Made by a program: the position numbers and the translations under genes
Source: Candidatus Spongiisociaceae bacterium
Lineage (GTDB): Bacteria; Actinomycetota; Acidimicrobiia; Spongiisociales; Spongiisociaceae
Direction of reading: 5' to 3'
Assembly (NCBI GenBank): GCA_965202665.1
Contig: OZ241841.1
Span: 2,176,001 to 2,240,000, forward strand
Length of the DNA stretch: 64,000 nucleotides
The notes under the pieces: model-generated
Told to the model about the DNA's origin: nothing
Database searches by the model: none
The model's input: only the letters and a program-made list of their open reading frames with translations
Part shown: one piece after another, positions 30,199 through 41,375 of the stretch
Layout: the number at the start of each line of letters is the position of its first letter
Position numbering within the stretch: the first letter of the stretch is position 1

Positions 30199-30459
30199 AG
30201 TTCGTCCTCCGTTCGGTCGGTTTCTAACGCGTAGTCACCGTCGTTCGTCTTTCCGCCGGGGGCTCTATCCGGTTCGGGTTCGGCGGACCGAGGGTTCTAA
30301 TCCCCGCCGTCCGTTATAGTAGAGCATTAGCCGAGTTGGTGGAGTGGTGTCAAGTTGGCGGGCGTATAATTCGCCGTCCGGGGGGTCCGAACGGCGGCGG
30401 CGCGGGTGGCGTAGGCGGAGGCCCAGCTTCGGCGACGCAGCTGGCTGTTGTTCCACCAC

Positions 30460-30489
30460 TATGTCCGTTATGTCCACATCTGCTAGAGT
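30460..30489 (+). promoter_or_regulatory. Putative leaderless promoter and operator of the TA operon
   Basis: TAGAGT (30484-30489) lies 6 nt before ATG 30496; direct repeat TATGTCC at 30460 and 30469. Confidence 0.45.
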
Positions 30490-30495
30490 GACGTT

Positions 30496-30774
30496 ATGAG
30501 CAACCTACAGCAGGACCTCCAACGTAGATTCCCTCAGATAGCCGACCGTCTCCAAACTCGGGACGGCAAGCTGACTTTGTTAGACAACGGCGTACCCGTG
30601 GCCGTGTTGCTGACGCCCGCTGAAATGGAAGGTTTGGAGATCACATTGGAGTTGATGTCCGACCCCGATGCCGCTACCGAGATTCGAGAGGCAGAAGAAG
30701 CGTACAGAGTAGGCGACGTAGTTGAAGACGAAGCCAAGATTAGAGAACTCATAAGCCGCCAGTCCGGCAATTAA
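30496..30774 (+). CDS. Phd/YefM-family antitoxin
   Basis: LTLLDNGVPVAVLL...MEGLEITLELMSDP...IREAEEAYRVG; TAATG overlap with the downstream toxin start. Confidence 0.8.
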   Translation: MSNLQQDLQRRFPQIADRLQTRDGKLTLLDNGVPVAVLLTPAEMEGLEITLELMSDPDAATEIREAEEAYRVGDVVEDEAKIRELISRQSGN

Positions 30775-30902
30775 TGCAAAAATACGCACCAGCGTTTGCC
30801 CCGGCTGTTCAGCGTGCGTTGGCGGAAACGTTGCCAGAGTCTGTTGCGTTAGCGGCTGTGGATTTAATCTATGGGGATATGTCCCAAAACCCTCAGAGGG
30901 TA
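30774..30902 (+). pseudogene. Truncated RelE/ParE-family toxin (N-terminal half only)
   Basis: PAVQRALAETLPESVA.A....I.G.M..NPQRV resembles actinobacterial RelE N-termini; the expected GKPL...SARRG.YRV half is absent, replaced by the end of the R-M gene. Confidence 0.65.
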
Positions 30903-30915
30903 CATAACCCGTCAT

Positions 30916-33900
30916 CTAAATCCGATGCTCTAGTAATTGATGAACAAGGGTTTCTACCCGCAATTTCTCCGGGGTAGTTGTCAACCATTTCCGTAGTTCC
31001 CTACGCGCCACCGTTACGGAAACAGGCTTGTCCTTTGCTATTCTGCTATCTCTTATCACAGACCACTCTTCGGCGGCTTTGATACGGAGATCCCCGCCCA
31101 GAAGAGCAAGTTCCGTATGTATGGGGTCGGTATCATCATATTCTGGTATAGGCAAGCGCCATAGATGTTTTTGTAAATGGCGAGGGCCAAACTGCCCTTT
31201 GGCCATTAGAGGTTTTACCGCTTTTTCGAGGGTTTCACTATTAATTATGGCTGAAAGATAGTCCGCTTCTTCTATAGACAGGCATTCGATCCAGAATAGC
31301 GTGGTATAAATCAATGGGCTTGAATCATCCAGGACAGCTGCTGTAGGTCGCCCGGAAGAAGTGTATATTAGACGAATCTGCGCAAGATTTTTTGTCTGCA
31401 TCGTTAGTTTATTCACATAATCAATTTGATCAACTAAGTTGAGTTTGGTATCTTTACTCTTGTAGTCTTCCCATAAGTTATACATTACTTGCCAGCGTCT
31501 ACGCATTCTCTCACTCAAGGTCCTACCATCAATACCGCCAATCGACGTTTCCGAGTTGGAACGGATAATACTTTGACCCCGTTCGCTTATTGGCAAAACC
31601 ACCTTCTGTGGTTCAAGTAATATATAGGGGGCGACAGTTTCGCCTAAATGAATATCATATATATGATTTTCTTCTAAAGGCCCTGATAGTTTTTGAATTT
31701 CTGCTTGTTCAAAATTTTTCCAAGGCGATTTTTCTTGTGAACTACGATGTGGTTCAACGCGGCAAAGTCCTCTAACTAACGAGGAGTCTAGGTTAGATGT
31801 CTTTACAAAAAAGAGCACGCGTGGCACCGTGGTAGCACCTTGCGTGGCACGTCTACCATACTCAGAGTTATATTTATCTGAAGTATCTTTGTAATCAATA
31901 TAATCGTATTCGTAAGGGCCACCTTCTTTACCAAGCCAACGCTTTGTCTTGGATTTTAGTTTTTTGGCATCTGTAGAAGTTGATGTTTTGGTAGCAAAGA
32001 TAACGCAGGCGGGAACCGGGAAAAAGGTATTAGGTTCAATATTCTCCAAGTCCCAAGAATAGTCATTACTCATATCTGCACCTATGTCACCCCACTCTCC
32101 TTCTCTCCACTTAGTAAAATGACCTGCGAACAAGGCACTGTGCGGCATTACCATTCCTATTCGACCTTTATTATGCAAATACAAGTCTACGCATCGTGCA
32201 TAAAATAGTCCAGAAATATCCTGGTGAGGAGCATATCTTCCTCCTGACCATATCCTATATTGGCTGCTGCTTTGTTGTCGTAGTTCCTCGCGTAATGCGG
32301 CCTTAGTTTTGGAGTATTTTATCCAAGGAGGGTTTCCTACTATAGCATCGACCTTGCCTTCATTAGTAGATAACCAGATAGGTCGAACTAGATTGCGGGT
32401 ATAGTAGGCCCAAATATGATTGCGGCCTTCCTCGTGCAGTTCTTCCATCTGCTTTACCGTTTCTTCTAGGATATCTCGTTCCGATCCAGGTGGTATTCCT
32501 GCCTCATCTAAAGCCAGCTGTCCTTTACTAGACGATTCTATTTCAGATGCAATACTGAGCATTACATTATCAAACCAGTCACCTTGGTCAACCAGGGCAC
32601 GGGGGAATTGAAGTAACCTATGCTTATCTCCGGTTGCAGATGTTACTTCTATGGTGACCTGTGTTTCGCCTAATAGGTTTCCATTATCGGTTCGCAGTTG
32701 TAAAGAATCACCTAGATAAACTGGTATGGTAAGCTCACCTTGCTCTAGGCCAGCTTCGATAATAACATCGCGGGCGGCGGATATCCAGGTGGCTCGCGCC
32801 AGATGGACTGATACCGGATGCAGGTCTACTCCTATAATTGATTGTCGTAAGCCATTTAGAATTTTTTTAGAATCCCAATCATTTGCTTTGGCCTCTTTGA
32901 TATACTGTTGGATAGCTGCGCGTAGGAAAGTACCCGACCCGCATGATGGATCAAGGACCCGGCTACTAAGCGGTTTGGTAACTACTTCAGCTACAATCGC
33001 TTTTGCTAGCCAATCAGGAGTATAATATTCACCTAGTTGTCGGCGATCGTCATCTGGTATAACTGCCTGATAGAGCACCCGGGCAAAATCGTAATCTGCC
33101 ATACCCCAGTCGAAAGATGCTACTCTGGTAGCAAGACCATCGATCCAGTCCTTACCGTCTTCAATCTCTATCGGCCAAGCAAAAAAATCAGATTCGATAA
33201 CTCCGCGTATACCAGTGGTAGCAGACAATACTTGCCCGCCTAACAAAGCTTCAGTGTTGGAGGCAGCCTCGCTACGTATGTCTATCCCAAAAGCACTCTG
33301 CACCGCCAGCCCTACTACAGCTGATAAATAGGTATGCAAAAGGAACAATTTCTCAAGGTTGGTATTTTCCTCGACTACCTCGCCTAGTGCGGCGGCTAGC
33401 AGGTTTTTCCATAGCTCTTGCTTTACATGCAAAGAAGGATCATTTTTATGTTGATCATATAGTTGTCTAAGTTTTTCTAGGTCGTTATCGAACCATAGAC
33501 CTCTGCCCAACTTTTCCCGAACCTTTTCTTCGGTCGGTTGTAATCTTTCTTGTTCAAATATGGATAATTCATCTCTTAACCATTCGTATAGTAGCATTCC
33601 ACCCCTGTTTTCTCGTAGTTCAAATACATAAGGAGGGTGTGTCCGAACCTCCTCGACATTAGGTAGTTTTAACAACCAGTAGCGTCCGTCGGTTAGAATG
33701 CCCAACCGTCGGGGTTTGCCCTCTTTAGCGGATTCTAGCATATAGTTATCCAATTGCCTCACATATTCCCGTTTTGGATAAAATCCTGGTTTGGTACCGA
33801 TCCGACGTTTTGTTTCAATAATTAACTGAGCACTTTGCAGGTCGATGCGATCTTTTTCCCGTCGCAAATCTTCCTCGGCGGCCAGTCCGGTCGAAACGAG

Positions 33901-34047
33901 AAAGTTGCTTATAGCTGCTGTGATGTCGGCCGCGGGGGCATGTTCCGCATGCCGATCGATGATAAGTTGCACGGCCTTGCGAAATTCTTCGCCATCGGGA
34001 TCGAAGAGGTCGCCATTTTGGGAGGAGGGTATGTGTCCGTTTGCCAT
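30916..34047 (-). CDS. Type IIG-like fused restriction endonuclease / N6-adenine methyltransferase
   Basis: RIDL....IIETKRR (PD-(D/E)xK-like), GILTDGRYW, LGEYYTPDWLA, VLDPSCGSGTFL, IVGNPPW, C-terminal TRD-like region; markedly low GC. Confidence 0.88.
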   Translation of the reverse strand: MANGHIPSSQNGDLFDPDGEEFRKAVQLIIDRHAEHAPAADITAAISNFLVSTGLAAEEDLRREKDRIDLQSAQLIIETKRRIGTKPGFYPKREYVRQLDNYMLESAKEGKPRRLGILTDGRYWLLKLPNVEEVRTHPPYVFELRENRGGMLLYEWLRDELSIFEQERLQPTEEKVREKLGRGLWFDNDLEKLRQLYDQHKNDPSLHVKQELWKNLLAAALGEVVEENTNLEKLFLLHTYLSAVVGLAVQSAFGIDIRSEAASNTEALLGGQVLSATTGIRGVIESDFFAWPIEIEDGKDWIDGLATRVASFDWGMADYDFARVLYQAVIPDDDRRQLGEYYTPDWLAKAIVAEVVTKPLSSRVLDPSCGSGTFLRAAIQQYIKEAKANDWDSKKILNGLRQSIIGVDLHPVSVHLARATWISAARDVIIEAGLEQGELTIPVYLGDSLQLRTDNGNLLGETQVTIEVTSATGDKHRLLQFPRALVDQGDWFDNVMLSIASEIESSSKGQLALDEAGIPPGSERDILEETVKQMEELHEEGRNHIWAYYTRNLVRPIWLSTNEGKVDAIVGNPPWIKYSKTKAALREELRQQSSSQYRIWSGGRYAPHQDISGLFYARCVDLYLHNKGRIGMVMPHSALFAGHFTKWREGEWGDIGADMSNDYSWDLENIEPNTFFPVPACVIFATKTSTSTDAKKLKSKTKRWLGKEGGPYEYDYIDYKDTSDKYNSEYGRRATQGATTVPRVLFFVKTSNLDSSLVRGLCRVEPHRSSQEKSPWKNFEQAEIQKLSGPLEENHIYDIHLGETVAPYILLEPQKVVLPISERGQSIIRSNSETSIGGIDGRTLSERMRRRWQVMYNLWEDYKSKDTKLNLVDQIDYVNKLTMQTKNLAQIRLIYTSSGRPTAAVLDDSSPLIYTTLFWIECLSIEEADYLSAIINSETLEKAVKPLMAKGQFGPRHLQKHLWRLPIPEYDDTDPIHTELALLGGDLRIKAAEEWSVIRDSRIAKDKPVSVTVARRELRKWLTTTPEKLRVETLVHQLLEHRI

Positions 34048-34524
34048 AGTTGTGAACCTACCACAGGGAGGCGACATTTTTTGCCAGGCGGTTGGGCGGC
34101 GGGCTGTGGGGACGGAGGCTCAAAGGATTTTCTGCAGAAACCAGAGGCCGGAGGCGCCCATCCGGACGAACCCAACCGGCGTCCGCCTGTCCGCTGGGAC
34201 GTTCGGTTTCCAGCTCCGCTAACCTGCTTGTCATTTCCACACTCTTCTTTCGCAGCCGCTGTACTTGCCTGCCTCCCCACCCGTTTCCCCTGGTGCTCCA
34301 GGCCCTTACATTGTATTAGGGGTGTGACAAACCCGGGACCACCAGCTGCAGGTCGCATATGTCGGCGTTGAGGAAAGGGCTTCCAGGATGGAGGGAGGCA
34401 CCGGTCCGGGGTTCCCAGGATTTCGCATCCGCCGTCCGGCCGCGTTCCGTCCAACAGTCCTAGGTCGGCTGGGGTGGGGGGATTCGGGGGATTCGGTTGG
34501 GGAGGGAGAAAGTGGGGAGGGGGG

Positions 34525-34740
34525 TTACTCCTCTACTATGCGCCAGGGTGGGCCTTTCAGTTGTTGGCCGGGGGGCAGGTTGGCCTCGTACTGGCGGAGG
34601 GCTTCCGCCACCTCGGACGCGAACTCGCCGCGTTCGGCGTCTTCTCCTAGTTGCGCCAGCGCGGCGTCGGATGCCGGGTCGTTTGCCCAGTCGCTGGGAG
34701 CGGCGGAGATTGGGAAGCGGTCTTGTTCCATCTGGGGCAT
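34525..34740 (-). CDS. Small acidic protein, distant relative of 29194-29439
   Basis: WANDPASDAALAQLGEDAERG...AE...LPPGQQL aligns with WFSDPEDNAYWEEMHASLERG...AE...LRPGERL. Confidence 0.55.
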   Translation of the reverse strand: MPQMEQDRFPISAAPSDWANDPASDAALAQLGEDAERGEFASEVAEALRQYEANLPPGQQLKGPPWRIVEE

Positions 34741-34865
34741 TTTAGGAGCGGGGGCGTTCCGGGTGCCCGGTGGAACGGGTTGTGGAACCGGGGTCGGTTT
34801 TAGGGGTGGTAGGATGTTGGGCTGAAAGGCGGGATGGCGCCGCGGCGCCGGTTGCGCCCTGGTCG

Positions 34866-34938
34866 GCCCTCGTAGCTCAGCGGACAGAGCAGGAGCCTTC
34901 TAAGCTCTTGGTCGGAGGTTCGAATCCTTCCGGGGGCG
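34866..34938 (+). tRNA. tRNA-Arg(TCT)
   Basis: Acceptor GCCCTCG/CGGGGGC, anticodon loop CTTCTAA, T-loop TTCGAAT; CCA not encoded. Confidence 0.95.
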
Positions 34939-34966
34939 CGGGCCCGCCCACAAGCCCAAAACGCAT

Positions 34967-35045
34967 GGTGATCGTAGCTCAGTCTGGTTAGAGCGCCTGG
35001 TTGTGGTCCAGGAGGACGGGGGTTCGAATCCCCTCGGTCACCCCA
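34967..35045 (+). tRNA. tRNA-His(GTG)
   Basis: G-1, acceptor GTGATCG/CGGTCAC, loop TTGTGGT, C discriminator, CCA encoded. Confidence 0.95.
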
Positions 35046-35115
35046 CCCGCCCCCCCCCCCCCGTGGGCGGCCAAAACCCGAAAAGAAAAACCAACCTGGG
35101 AGACAAAAACTGACC

Positions 35116-36564
35116 GTGCCCGCCGCGCCCGTGGCCGCCCCCTCGGAAGAAGATGTCGTAACGGCCCTCCCCGGGGAGGACCCGCCGTCCGGCCCCCCTC
35201 CGGAGGTGACCGAGGTCAGCCAGTTCGAACGGCGGCTCACCATCCTCATCGACCGCCCCGCTTTGGACAAGGCCAAAAACGCCGCCGCCCGCCGCCTGTC
35301 CCGGGGAGTGAACATCAAAGGGTTCCGCAGGGGCAAAGCCCCCCGCCGCATGGTGGAAAACGCGCTGGGGGCGGAACGGGTGCGCGACGAAGCCATCGAA
35401 ATCGCCCTGCCCGGCCTGCTTGGACCCGCCCTGCAAGCCGCGCAGCTGGCCCCGGCGGTCACCCCCTCCGCCGACGACATCCGGGAAACGGAGCAGGGGG
35501 TGGAAGTGGACATCCTCATCTCCCTGTGGCCCGTCTTGGACGAACCTCCCCTCTACGAGGGCCGCCGCTTCGAGGTGGATACATTCGTCAGCACCGACGA
35601 AATGGTGGAAGCCAACCTGGAACGTTACCTGGAGCAGTTCGCCGAGTTGGAAACCGTGGACCGCCCGGCGGAGGAAGGCGACTATGTGGCCGTCAACTTG
35701 CACGGCTCCCGCAACGGCCGCCCGGTGGAGGCCGCCTCCGCCACCGACCTGCTCTACGAGGTGGGCTCCGGCGGGTTGCTGGAAGGGTTGGACGCCAACG
35801 TGACCGGCCGGGCGGCGGGCGACATCAGCCAGTTCGCCACCATCCTCCCCCCGGCGATGACCGGCGGCCGGCAGGAAGACCCGGTGGACGTGTCGGTCAT
35901 GGTCAAAGAGGTGCGCCGCAAACTTCTCCCCCAAATCGACGACCAGTGGGTGGCGGACAACACCGAATACGAAACCGAGGCGGAAATGCGGCAGGGAATC
36001 GCCGACCGCTTGGAAGAGATGCGTTTGGAAGAGTTGCGCCGCCAGTTGAAAGAGAACGCCTTGGAGGGGCTGGTGCAGGAGTTGCAGGTGGACATCCCGC
36101 AGGCGATCATCATCGCCCACGCCAACAAGTTGATGGACGATTTGCGGAATTCCCTGCAGGAGTCCGACATGACCTTCGAGGCATATCTGCAGTCCACCGG
36201 CGACGACCGCGAACAGTTCCAGGAGCGCATGCTGTTCCAGACCCTTTTTTCCCTGTCCAAGATGATCCTGTTGGACGCGGTGGCCCGCCAAGCCGGAATC
36301 ACCGTCGGCGACGAAGAGAAGCGGGAGTTTTTCCGGCGGCTGGCCGCCCAGGTGCGGGAAACCCCCGAAGAGTTGGCCGCCCGCCTGGAAGGGACGGAAC
36401 AGGAACGCAGTATCCTGGTTAACATGATCCGGTCCAAAGCCCACGACGAGCTGGCGCGCCGGGTGACGGCGGTGGATGTGGACGGCAACCCCATCGATCT
36501 CCATTTCGACCCGCCCCCCGGCCAACCCCAACCCCCGTCTCCGCCCGGCGCGGAAGACGACTGA
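35116..36564 (+). CDS. tig: Trigger factor
   Basis: Ribosome-binding signature [13 protein letters not shown]-like middle domain, upstream of clpP. Confidence 0.9.
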   Translation: MPAAPVAAPSEEDVVTALPGEDPPSGPPPEVTEVSQFERRLTILIDRPALDKAKNAAARRLSRGVNIKGFRRGKAPRRMVENALGAERVRDEAIEIALPGLLGPALQAAQLAPAVTPSADDIRETEQGVEVDILISLWPVLDEPPLYEGRRFEVDTFVSTDEMVEANLERYLEQFAELETVDRPAEEGDYVAVNLHGSRNGRPVEAASATDLLYEVGSGGLLEGLDANVTGRAAGDISQFATILPPAMTGGRQEDPVDVSVMVKEVRRKLLPQIDDQWVADNTEYETEAEMRQGIADRLEEMRLEELRRQLKENALEGLVQELQVDIPQAIIIAHANKLMDDLRNSLQESDMTFEAYLQSTGDDREQFQERMLFQTLFSLSKMILLDAVARQAGITVGDEEKREFFRRLAAQVRETPEELAARLEGTEQERSILVNMIRSKAHDELARRVTAVDVDGNPIDLHFDPPPGQPQPPSPPGAEDD

Positions 36565-36580
36565 GAGGAGCAAACCCGCC

Positions 36581-37231
36581 ATGGCCAACCCCTATTCGCC
36601 CCCGCCCCCCGCCCCGCCCGCGCCGCGCAACTACCTGGTTCCCACCGTGGTGGAATCCACCAGCCGCGGCGAACGGGCTTTCGACATTTACTCCCGCCTG
36701 CTGAAAGACCGCATCATCTTCTTGGGCACCGCCATCGACGACGCGGTGGCCAACCTGGTGATGGCCCAGTTGCTCCACCTGGAGTCGGAGGACCCCGAAA
36801 AGGACGTGGCCTTGTACATCAACTCCCCGGGCGGGGAGATCACCAGCCTGTTCGCCATCTACGACACCATGCAGTACATCCGCCCCGATGTGAGCACGGT
36901 GTGCATGGGGATGGCGGCCTCGGCGGCGGCGGTGATTCTGGCCGGCGGCGCCAAAGGGAAGCGTTTCGCCCTGCCACACGCCCGGGTGATGCTCCACCAG
37001 CCGCAGGGCGGGGCCCGGGGACAGGCGACCGACATTGAAATCCAGGCCCGGCTGATCGTGCAGATGCGCGAACAGCTCAACCAAATTCTGGCCGGCCACA
37101 CCGGGCAGGATTTGGAGAAGGTGGCGGCCGACACCGACCGGGACTTCTGGATGCTGGCCGACGAAGCCCACGAATACGGGATGGTGGACGAAGTGCTGAT
37201 CCGCCGGGCGTTGACGGAAGGAGCCAACTGA
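36581..37231 (+). CDS. clpP: ATP-dependent Clp protease proteolytic subunit
   Basis: [39 protein letters not shown]. Confidence 0.97.
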   Translation: MANPYSPPPPAPPAPRNYLVPTVVESTSRGERAFDIYSRLLKDRIIFLGTAIDDAVANLVMAQLLHLESEDPEKDVALYINSPGGEITSLFAIYDTMQYIRPDVSTVCMGMAASAAAVILAGGAKGKRFALPHARVMLHQPQGGARGQATDIEIQARLIVQMREQLNQILAGHTGQDLEKVAADTDRDFWMLADEAHEYGMVDEVLIRRALTEGAN

Positions 37232-37340
37232 CGAAACCCCGAACCCCCCCAAAAAACCAAGCCCGGCGGACCCGGAACCGGGCGAAAACCAAACCAAACC
37301 CCAAGCAAACAACCCTGAAAAGAAACCAAGGAGGGCGGAA

Positions 37341-38639
37341 GTGGCAAAATTCGGCGAAGGAGCGGACGCCCTGAAATGCAGCTTCTGCGGTCATTCCCAG
37401 AAGCAGGTGAGAAAACTGATCGCCGGCCAGAGCGGGTACATCTGCGATGAATGCATCGACCTGTGCAACGAAATATTGGAGGACGAGTTTTCCGAGGCGG
37501 TGGAGGCCGCCCCCGCCCGTTCCCTCCCCAAACCAACCGAAATATACGCTTTCTTAGACGATTACGTGATCGGCCAGGAACACGCCAAAAAGGCCCTGTC
37601 GGTGGCGGTGTACAACCATTACAAACGGGTGCGGGCGGAAGCGGAAGCCGCCGACCGGGAGCAGGAAGACGGCGACCACCCGGACGGAGACGTGGAGCTT
37701 TCCAAATCCAACATTCTGATGATCGGCCCCACCGGGTGCGGCAAAACCCTTCTGGCGCAAACCCTGGCCCGCATCCTCAACGTGCCTTTTTCCATCGCCG
37801 ACGCCACCGCCCTCACCGAAGCCGGATACGTGGGCGAAGACGTGGAAAACATTCTCCTCAAACTGATCCAAGCCGCCGACTTCGATGTGAAACAGGCCGA
37901 ACAGGGCATCATCTACATCGACGAAATCGACAAGATCACCCGCAAAGCCGAACATCCTTCCATCACCCGCGACGTGTCGGGGGAGGGGGTGCAGCAGGCC
38001 CTGCTGAAAATTCTGGAAGGCACGGTGGCGTCGGTTCCGCCGCAGGGGGGGCGGAAACACCCTCATCAGGATTTCATCCAGATCGACACCACCAACATTC
38101 TGTTCATCTGCGGGGGGGCCTTCGGCGGGTTGGCGGAAATCGTGGGGCGGCGCATCGGCAACGGGGTGGTCGGGTTCGGGGCCGATGTGCGTTCCGTCCG
38201 CGAACGCACCCAGGATCAGATGTTGAGCCAGGTGATGCCCGAAGACCTGTTGCAGTACGGACTGATACCGGAGTTCATCGGGCGGCTGCCGGTGGTGTCC
38301 ACGGTGAGCGCCTTGGACCGGGCGGCCCTGATCCGCATCCTGCAAGAACCCCGCAACGCCCTCGTCCGGCAGTACGCCCGCATTTTCCAACTGGACGGGG
38401 TGGAGCTCCGTTTCGAAGAGGACGCCATCGAAGCCATCGCCGAATTCGCCCTGAAGCGGGGCACCGGGGCCCGCGGCCTGCGGGCCATCATCGAAGACGT
38501 GCTGTTGGACTACATGTACGAAACCCCTTCCCGCACCGATGTGGAGGAGGTGGCGGTGGACCGCCGGACCATCGAAGAACGCTACCGGCAGATGGGGCAG
38601 GTGCACGACTTGGAGGCCCGCCGTGAGCAGTCCGCCTGA
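37341..38639 (+). CDS. clpX: ATP-dependent Clp protease ATP-binding subunit
   Basis: Zn finger [43 protein letters not shown]. Confidence 0.98.
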   Translation: MAKFGEGADALKCSFCGHSQKQVRKLIAGQSGYICDECIDLCNEILEDEFSEAVEAAPARSLPKPTEIYAFLDDYVIGQEHAKKALSVAVYNHYKRVRAEAEAADREQEDGDHPDGDVELSKSNILMIGPTGCGKTLLAQTLARILNVPFSIADATALTEAGYVGEDVENILLKLIQAADFDVKQAEQGIIYIDEIDKITRKAEHPSITRDVSGEGVQQALLKILEGTVASVPPQGGRKHPHQDFIQIDTTNILFICGGAFGGLAEIVGRRIGNGVVGFGADVRSVRERTQDQMLSQVMPEDLLQYGLIPEFIGRLPVVSTVSALDRAALIRILQEPRNALVRQYARIFQLDGVELRFEEDAIEAIAEFALKRGTGARGLRAIIEDVLLDYMYETPSRTDVEEVAVDRRTIEERYRQMGQVHDLEARREQSA

Positions 38640-38687
38640 CCGCGACCGCCCACGCCGTCCCGCCCCCGGCGGGGCCCGGCCCGCCTG

Positions 38688-41324
38688 ATGGACGACCCCG
38701 GCGCCGGGGATCTGACCGGCCCGTACGACCCGCAAAAAATTGAAGGGCGCTGGTACCGGGCCTGGGAGGAGTCGGGTGTCTTCTCCCCGGATGTGAACCC
38801 GGACGGGGATCCTTTTACCATCGTCATCCCCCCGCCCAACGTGACCGGGGTGCTGCACATGGGCCACGCCCTGGACCATTCCATCCAGGACGCCGTAATC
38901 CGCCGCAAACGCATGCAGGGGTTCGCCGCCCTGTGGCTGCCCGGAACCGACCACGCCGGGATCGCCACGCAGATGGTGGTGGAAAGGGAGTTGGCCGCCG
39001 AAGGCTTGAGCCGTCACGACCTGGGACGGGAAGCCTTTGTGGAGCGGGTGTGGGAGTGGAAGCGCAAGTCGGGGGGGTCCATCACCGATCAGATGCGGGC
39101 CCTGGGCGACTCCTGCGACTGGAGCCGGGAGCGGTTCACTTTGGACGAGGGGCTGTCCGCCGCGGTGCGGGAAGTGTTCGTGCGCCTCTACGAACAGGGG
39201 CTCATCTACCGGGGGCGGCGCATCATCAACTGGTCGCCCGGCCTGCGCACCGCCATCTCCGACATAGAAGTGGAATATCGGGAAACGGACGGCTGCCTCA
39301 CCTACATGGACTACCCGTTCGCCGACGGGGAGGGGGGGATTACGGTGGCCACCACCCGCCCGGAAACCATGCTGGGCGATACCGGGGTGGCGGTTCATCC
39401 CGACGACGACCGTTTCCGGGAGGCGGTGGGGCGGACGGTGCTGCTGCCGTTGATGGAGCGGGAGATTCCGGTGGTGGCCGACGCGGCCGTGGACCCCGCC
39501 TTCGGAACCGGGGCGGTGAAAGTCACCCCCGCCCACGACCCGACCGACTTCGAGATCGCCTTCCGGGCCGGGTTGCCGCCCATTCAGGTCATCGGCCCCG
39601 ACGCCCGCATGACCGCCGCCGCCGGGCGCTTCGCCGGCCTGGACCGGTTCGCGGCCCGAACCGAAGTGCTGGCCGCTTTGCGGGAGGAGGGGCGCATTGT
39701 CCGAGCGGAGGAGCATCGGCATACGGTGGGGCATTGTTCCCGCAGCGGAACCCCGGTGGAGCCGATGCTGTCCGACCAGTGGTTCGTCAAAGTGGCGGAC
39801 CTGGTGGGCCCGGCGGTGGAGGCGGTGCGGGACGGGCGCACCGAGTTCATCCCCGGGCGGTGGGATAAAAACTATTTCCACTGGATGGGGCAGTTGCAGG
39901 ACTGGTGCATCAGCCGTCAGCTGTGGTGGGGGCATCGCATTCCCGCCTGGCATTGCCCGGAGGACGGGACGGTGATGGTGGCCCGCTCCGCGCCCGCCGC
40001 CTGCCGGAAATGCGGCTCCGGGAATCTGGCCCCCGACCCGGATGTGCTGGACACCTGGTTCAGTTCCGCCCTGTGGCCGTTCAGCACTTTGGGCTGGCCG
40101 GAGGACACCTCCGACATGCGGCGCTTCTACCCTACTTCAACGCTGGTTACCGGATTCGACATTATTTTTTTCTGGGTGGCCCGGATGATGAAAATGGCCT
40201 TGCGCTTCACCGGGGAGGCCCCTTTCCGGGATGTGGTGATTCACGGGTTGGTGCGGGCCGCCGACGGGCGGAAAATGTCCAAGTCGGCGGGCAACGCCCT
40301 GGACCCGATGGAGATGATCGACCGCTACGGAGCGGACGCTTTGCGCCTCAGCCTGCTGCAGGCGGCCGCCCCCGGACACGACGTGCCGTTCGACGAAAAA
40401 TGGGTGGACGCCGCCCGTCGGTTCGGCAACAAACTGTGGAACGCGGCCAAGTTCGTCATCGTCCATCAGCGGGTGGGGCCGGTTCCCCCCGACGGCGGCT
40501 ATCCGGACGACCCCGGCCCGGCGGATGCTTGGATTCTGTCCCGCTTGGCCGAGACGGGGGTGAAAGCGGACCAACTGCTGGACCGCTACCGGCTGTCGGA
40601 CGCTTTTTCCCTGTTGTACAATTTCGCCTGGTCGGAGATGTTCGACTGGTATCTGGAAATGTGCAAGCCCGCTTTGGCCGACGCCGGCCCGAATGCGCCG
40701 CAGGCCGGGGCCGCCCGCCAAACCCTGGGGGTGGCGTTGCGGGATTTGCTCAAGTTTTTCCATCCCGCCATCCCGTTTCTCACCGAAGAGCTGTACAGCC
40801 GGTTGGTGGGGGAGGGGATGTGCGTCACCGCCTCCTGGCCGCAACCTCCCGCCTACCGGGCTCCGGAGGGAATGGACGTTCTGCGGGAGCTGGTCGCCGG
40901 GTTGCGCCGTTTCCGCTCCGAACACAACCTGCCGCCCCGGCGGGAGGTCCCGGTTCTCATCCACGATCCGCAGGGGATGTGGGCGCAATGGTGGTCCCCG
41001 CAGGTCGCCGCCCTGGCCCGTATGGTTCCCCGGTTGGGAGACCCGCCCGCCGGGCCGGGGTTTTCGCGGGTGGAAGCCGGGCCGGTCAAAGGATTCATTC
41101 TTTTGGAGGGCCTGGTGGACGTCGCCGCGGAACGGGAGCGGTTGCGGGCCCGTTTGGAGGAGGCGCAAAAAGACGCGGGACGGGCCCGGCAAAAACTGGC
41201 TAACCCGAATTTCAGGGAGCGGGCCCCGGCCGAGGTGGTGGACAAAGAAGAGTCGAAGGCATCCGCCGCTGAAGCCCTGGCCGGGGAACTGTCCGCCCAG
41301 CTGGAGAAACTGGGCGCCCCCTGA
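38688..41324 (+). CDS. valS: Valine--tRNA ligase
   Basis: PPPNVTGVLHMGH, GTDHAGIATQ, DWCISRQLWWGH, KMSKS, C-terminal coiled coil. Confidence 0.97.
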   Translation: MDDPGAGDLTGPYDPQKIEGRWYRAWEESGVFSPDVNPDGDPFTIVIPPPNVTGVLHMGHALDHSIQDAVIRRKRMQGFAALWLPGTDHAGIATQMVVERELAAEGLSRHDLGREAFVERVWEWKRKSGGSITDQMRALGDSCDWSRERFTLDEGLSAAVREVFVRLYEQGLIYRGRRIINWSPGLRTAISDIEVEYRETDGCLTYMDYPFADGEGGITVATTRPETMLGDTGVAVHPDDDRFREAVGRTVLLPLMEREIPVVADAAVDPAFGTGAVKVTPAHDPTDFEIAFRAGLPPIQVIGPDARMTAAAGRFAGLDRFAARTEVLAALREEGRIVRAEEHRHTVGHCSRSGTPVEPMLSDQWFVKVADLVGPAVEAVRDGRTEFIPGRWDKNYFHWMGQLQDWCISRQLWWGHRIPAWHCPEDGTVMVARSAPAACRKCGSGNLAPDPDVLDTWFSSALWPFSTLGWPEDTSDMRRFYPTSTLVTGFDIIFFWVARMMKMALRFTGEAPFRDVVIHGLVRAADGRKMSKSAGNALDPMEMIDRYGADALRLSLLQAAAPGHDVPFDEKWVDAARRFGNKLWNAAKFVIVHQRVGPVPPDGGYPDDPGPADAWILSRLAETGVKADQLLDRYRLSDAFSLLYNFAWSEMFDWYLEMCKPALADAGPNAPQAGAARQTLGVALRDLLKFFHPAIPFLTEELYSRLVGEGMCVTASWPQPPAYRAPEGMDVLRELVAGLRRFRSEHNLPPRREVPVLIHDPQGMWAQWWSPQVAALARMVPRLGDPPAGPGFSRVEAGPVKGFILLEGLVDVAAERERLRARLEEAQKDAGRARQKLANPNFRERAPAEVVDKEESKASAAEALAGELSAQLEKLGAP

Positions 41325-41375
41325 GCGCCCCGCCGTCCCCGAACATCGGAGTCGGAGGCTACAATCAGGCGGGCG

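Noticed and set aside
33835-34500. Overlapping ORFs upstream of the type IIG gene
   Set aside because: No motifs, RBS or consistent codon bias; more likely promoter or intergenic sequence.
28100-35045. tRNA-integrated prophage or genomic island with att sites
   Set aside because: The accessory genes lie 5' of the tRNAs; no integrase, phage structural genes or duplicated tRNA 3' end were found by eye.
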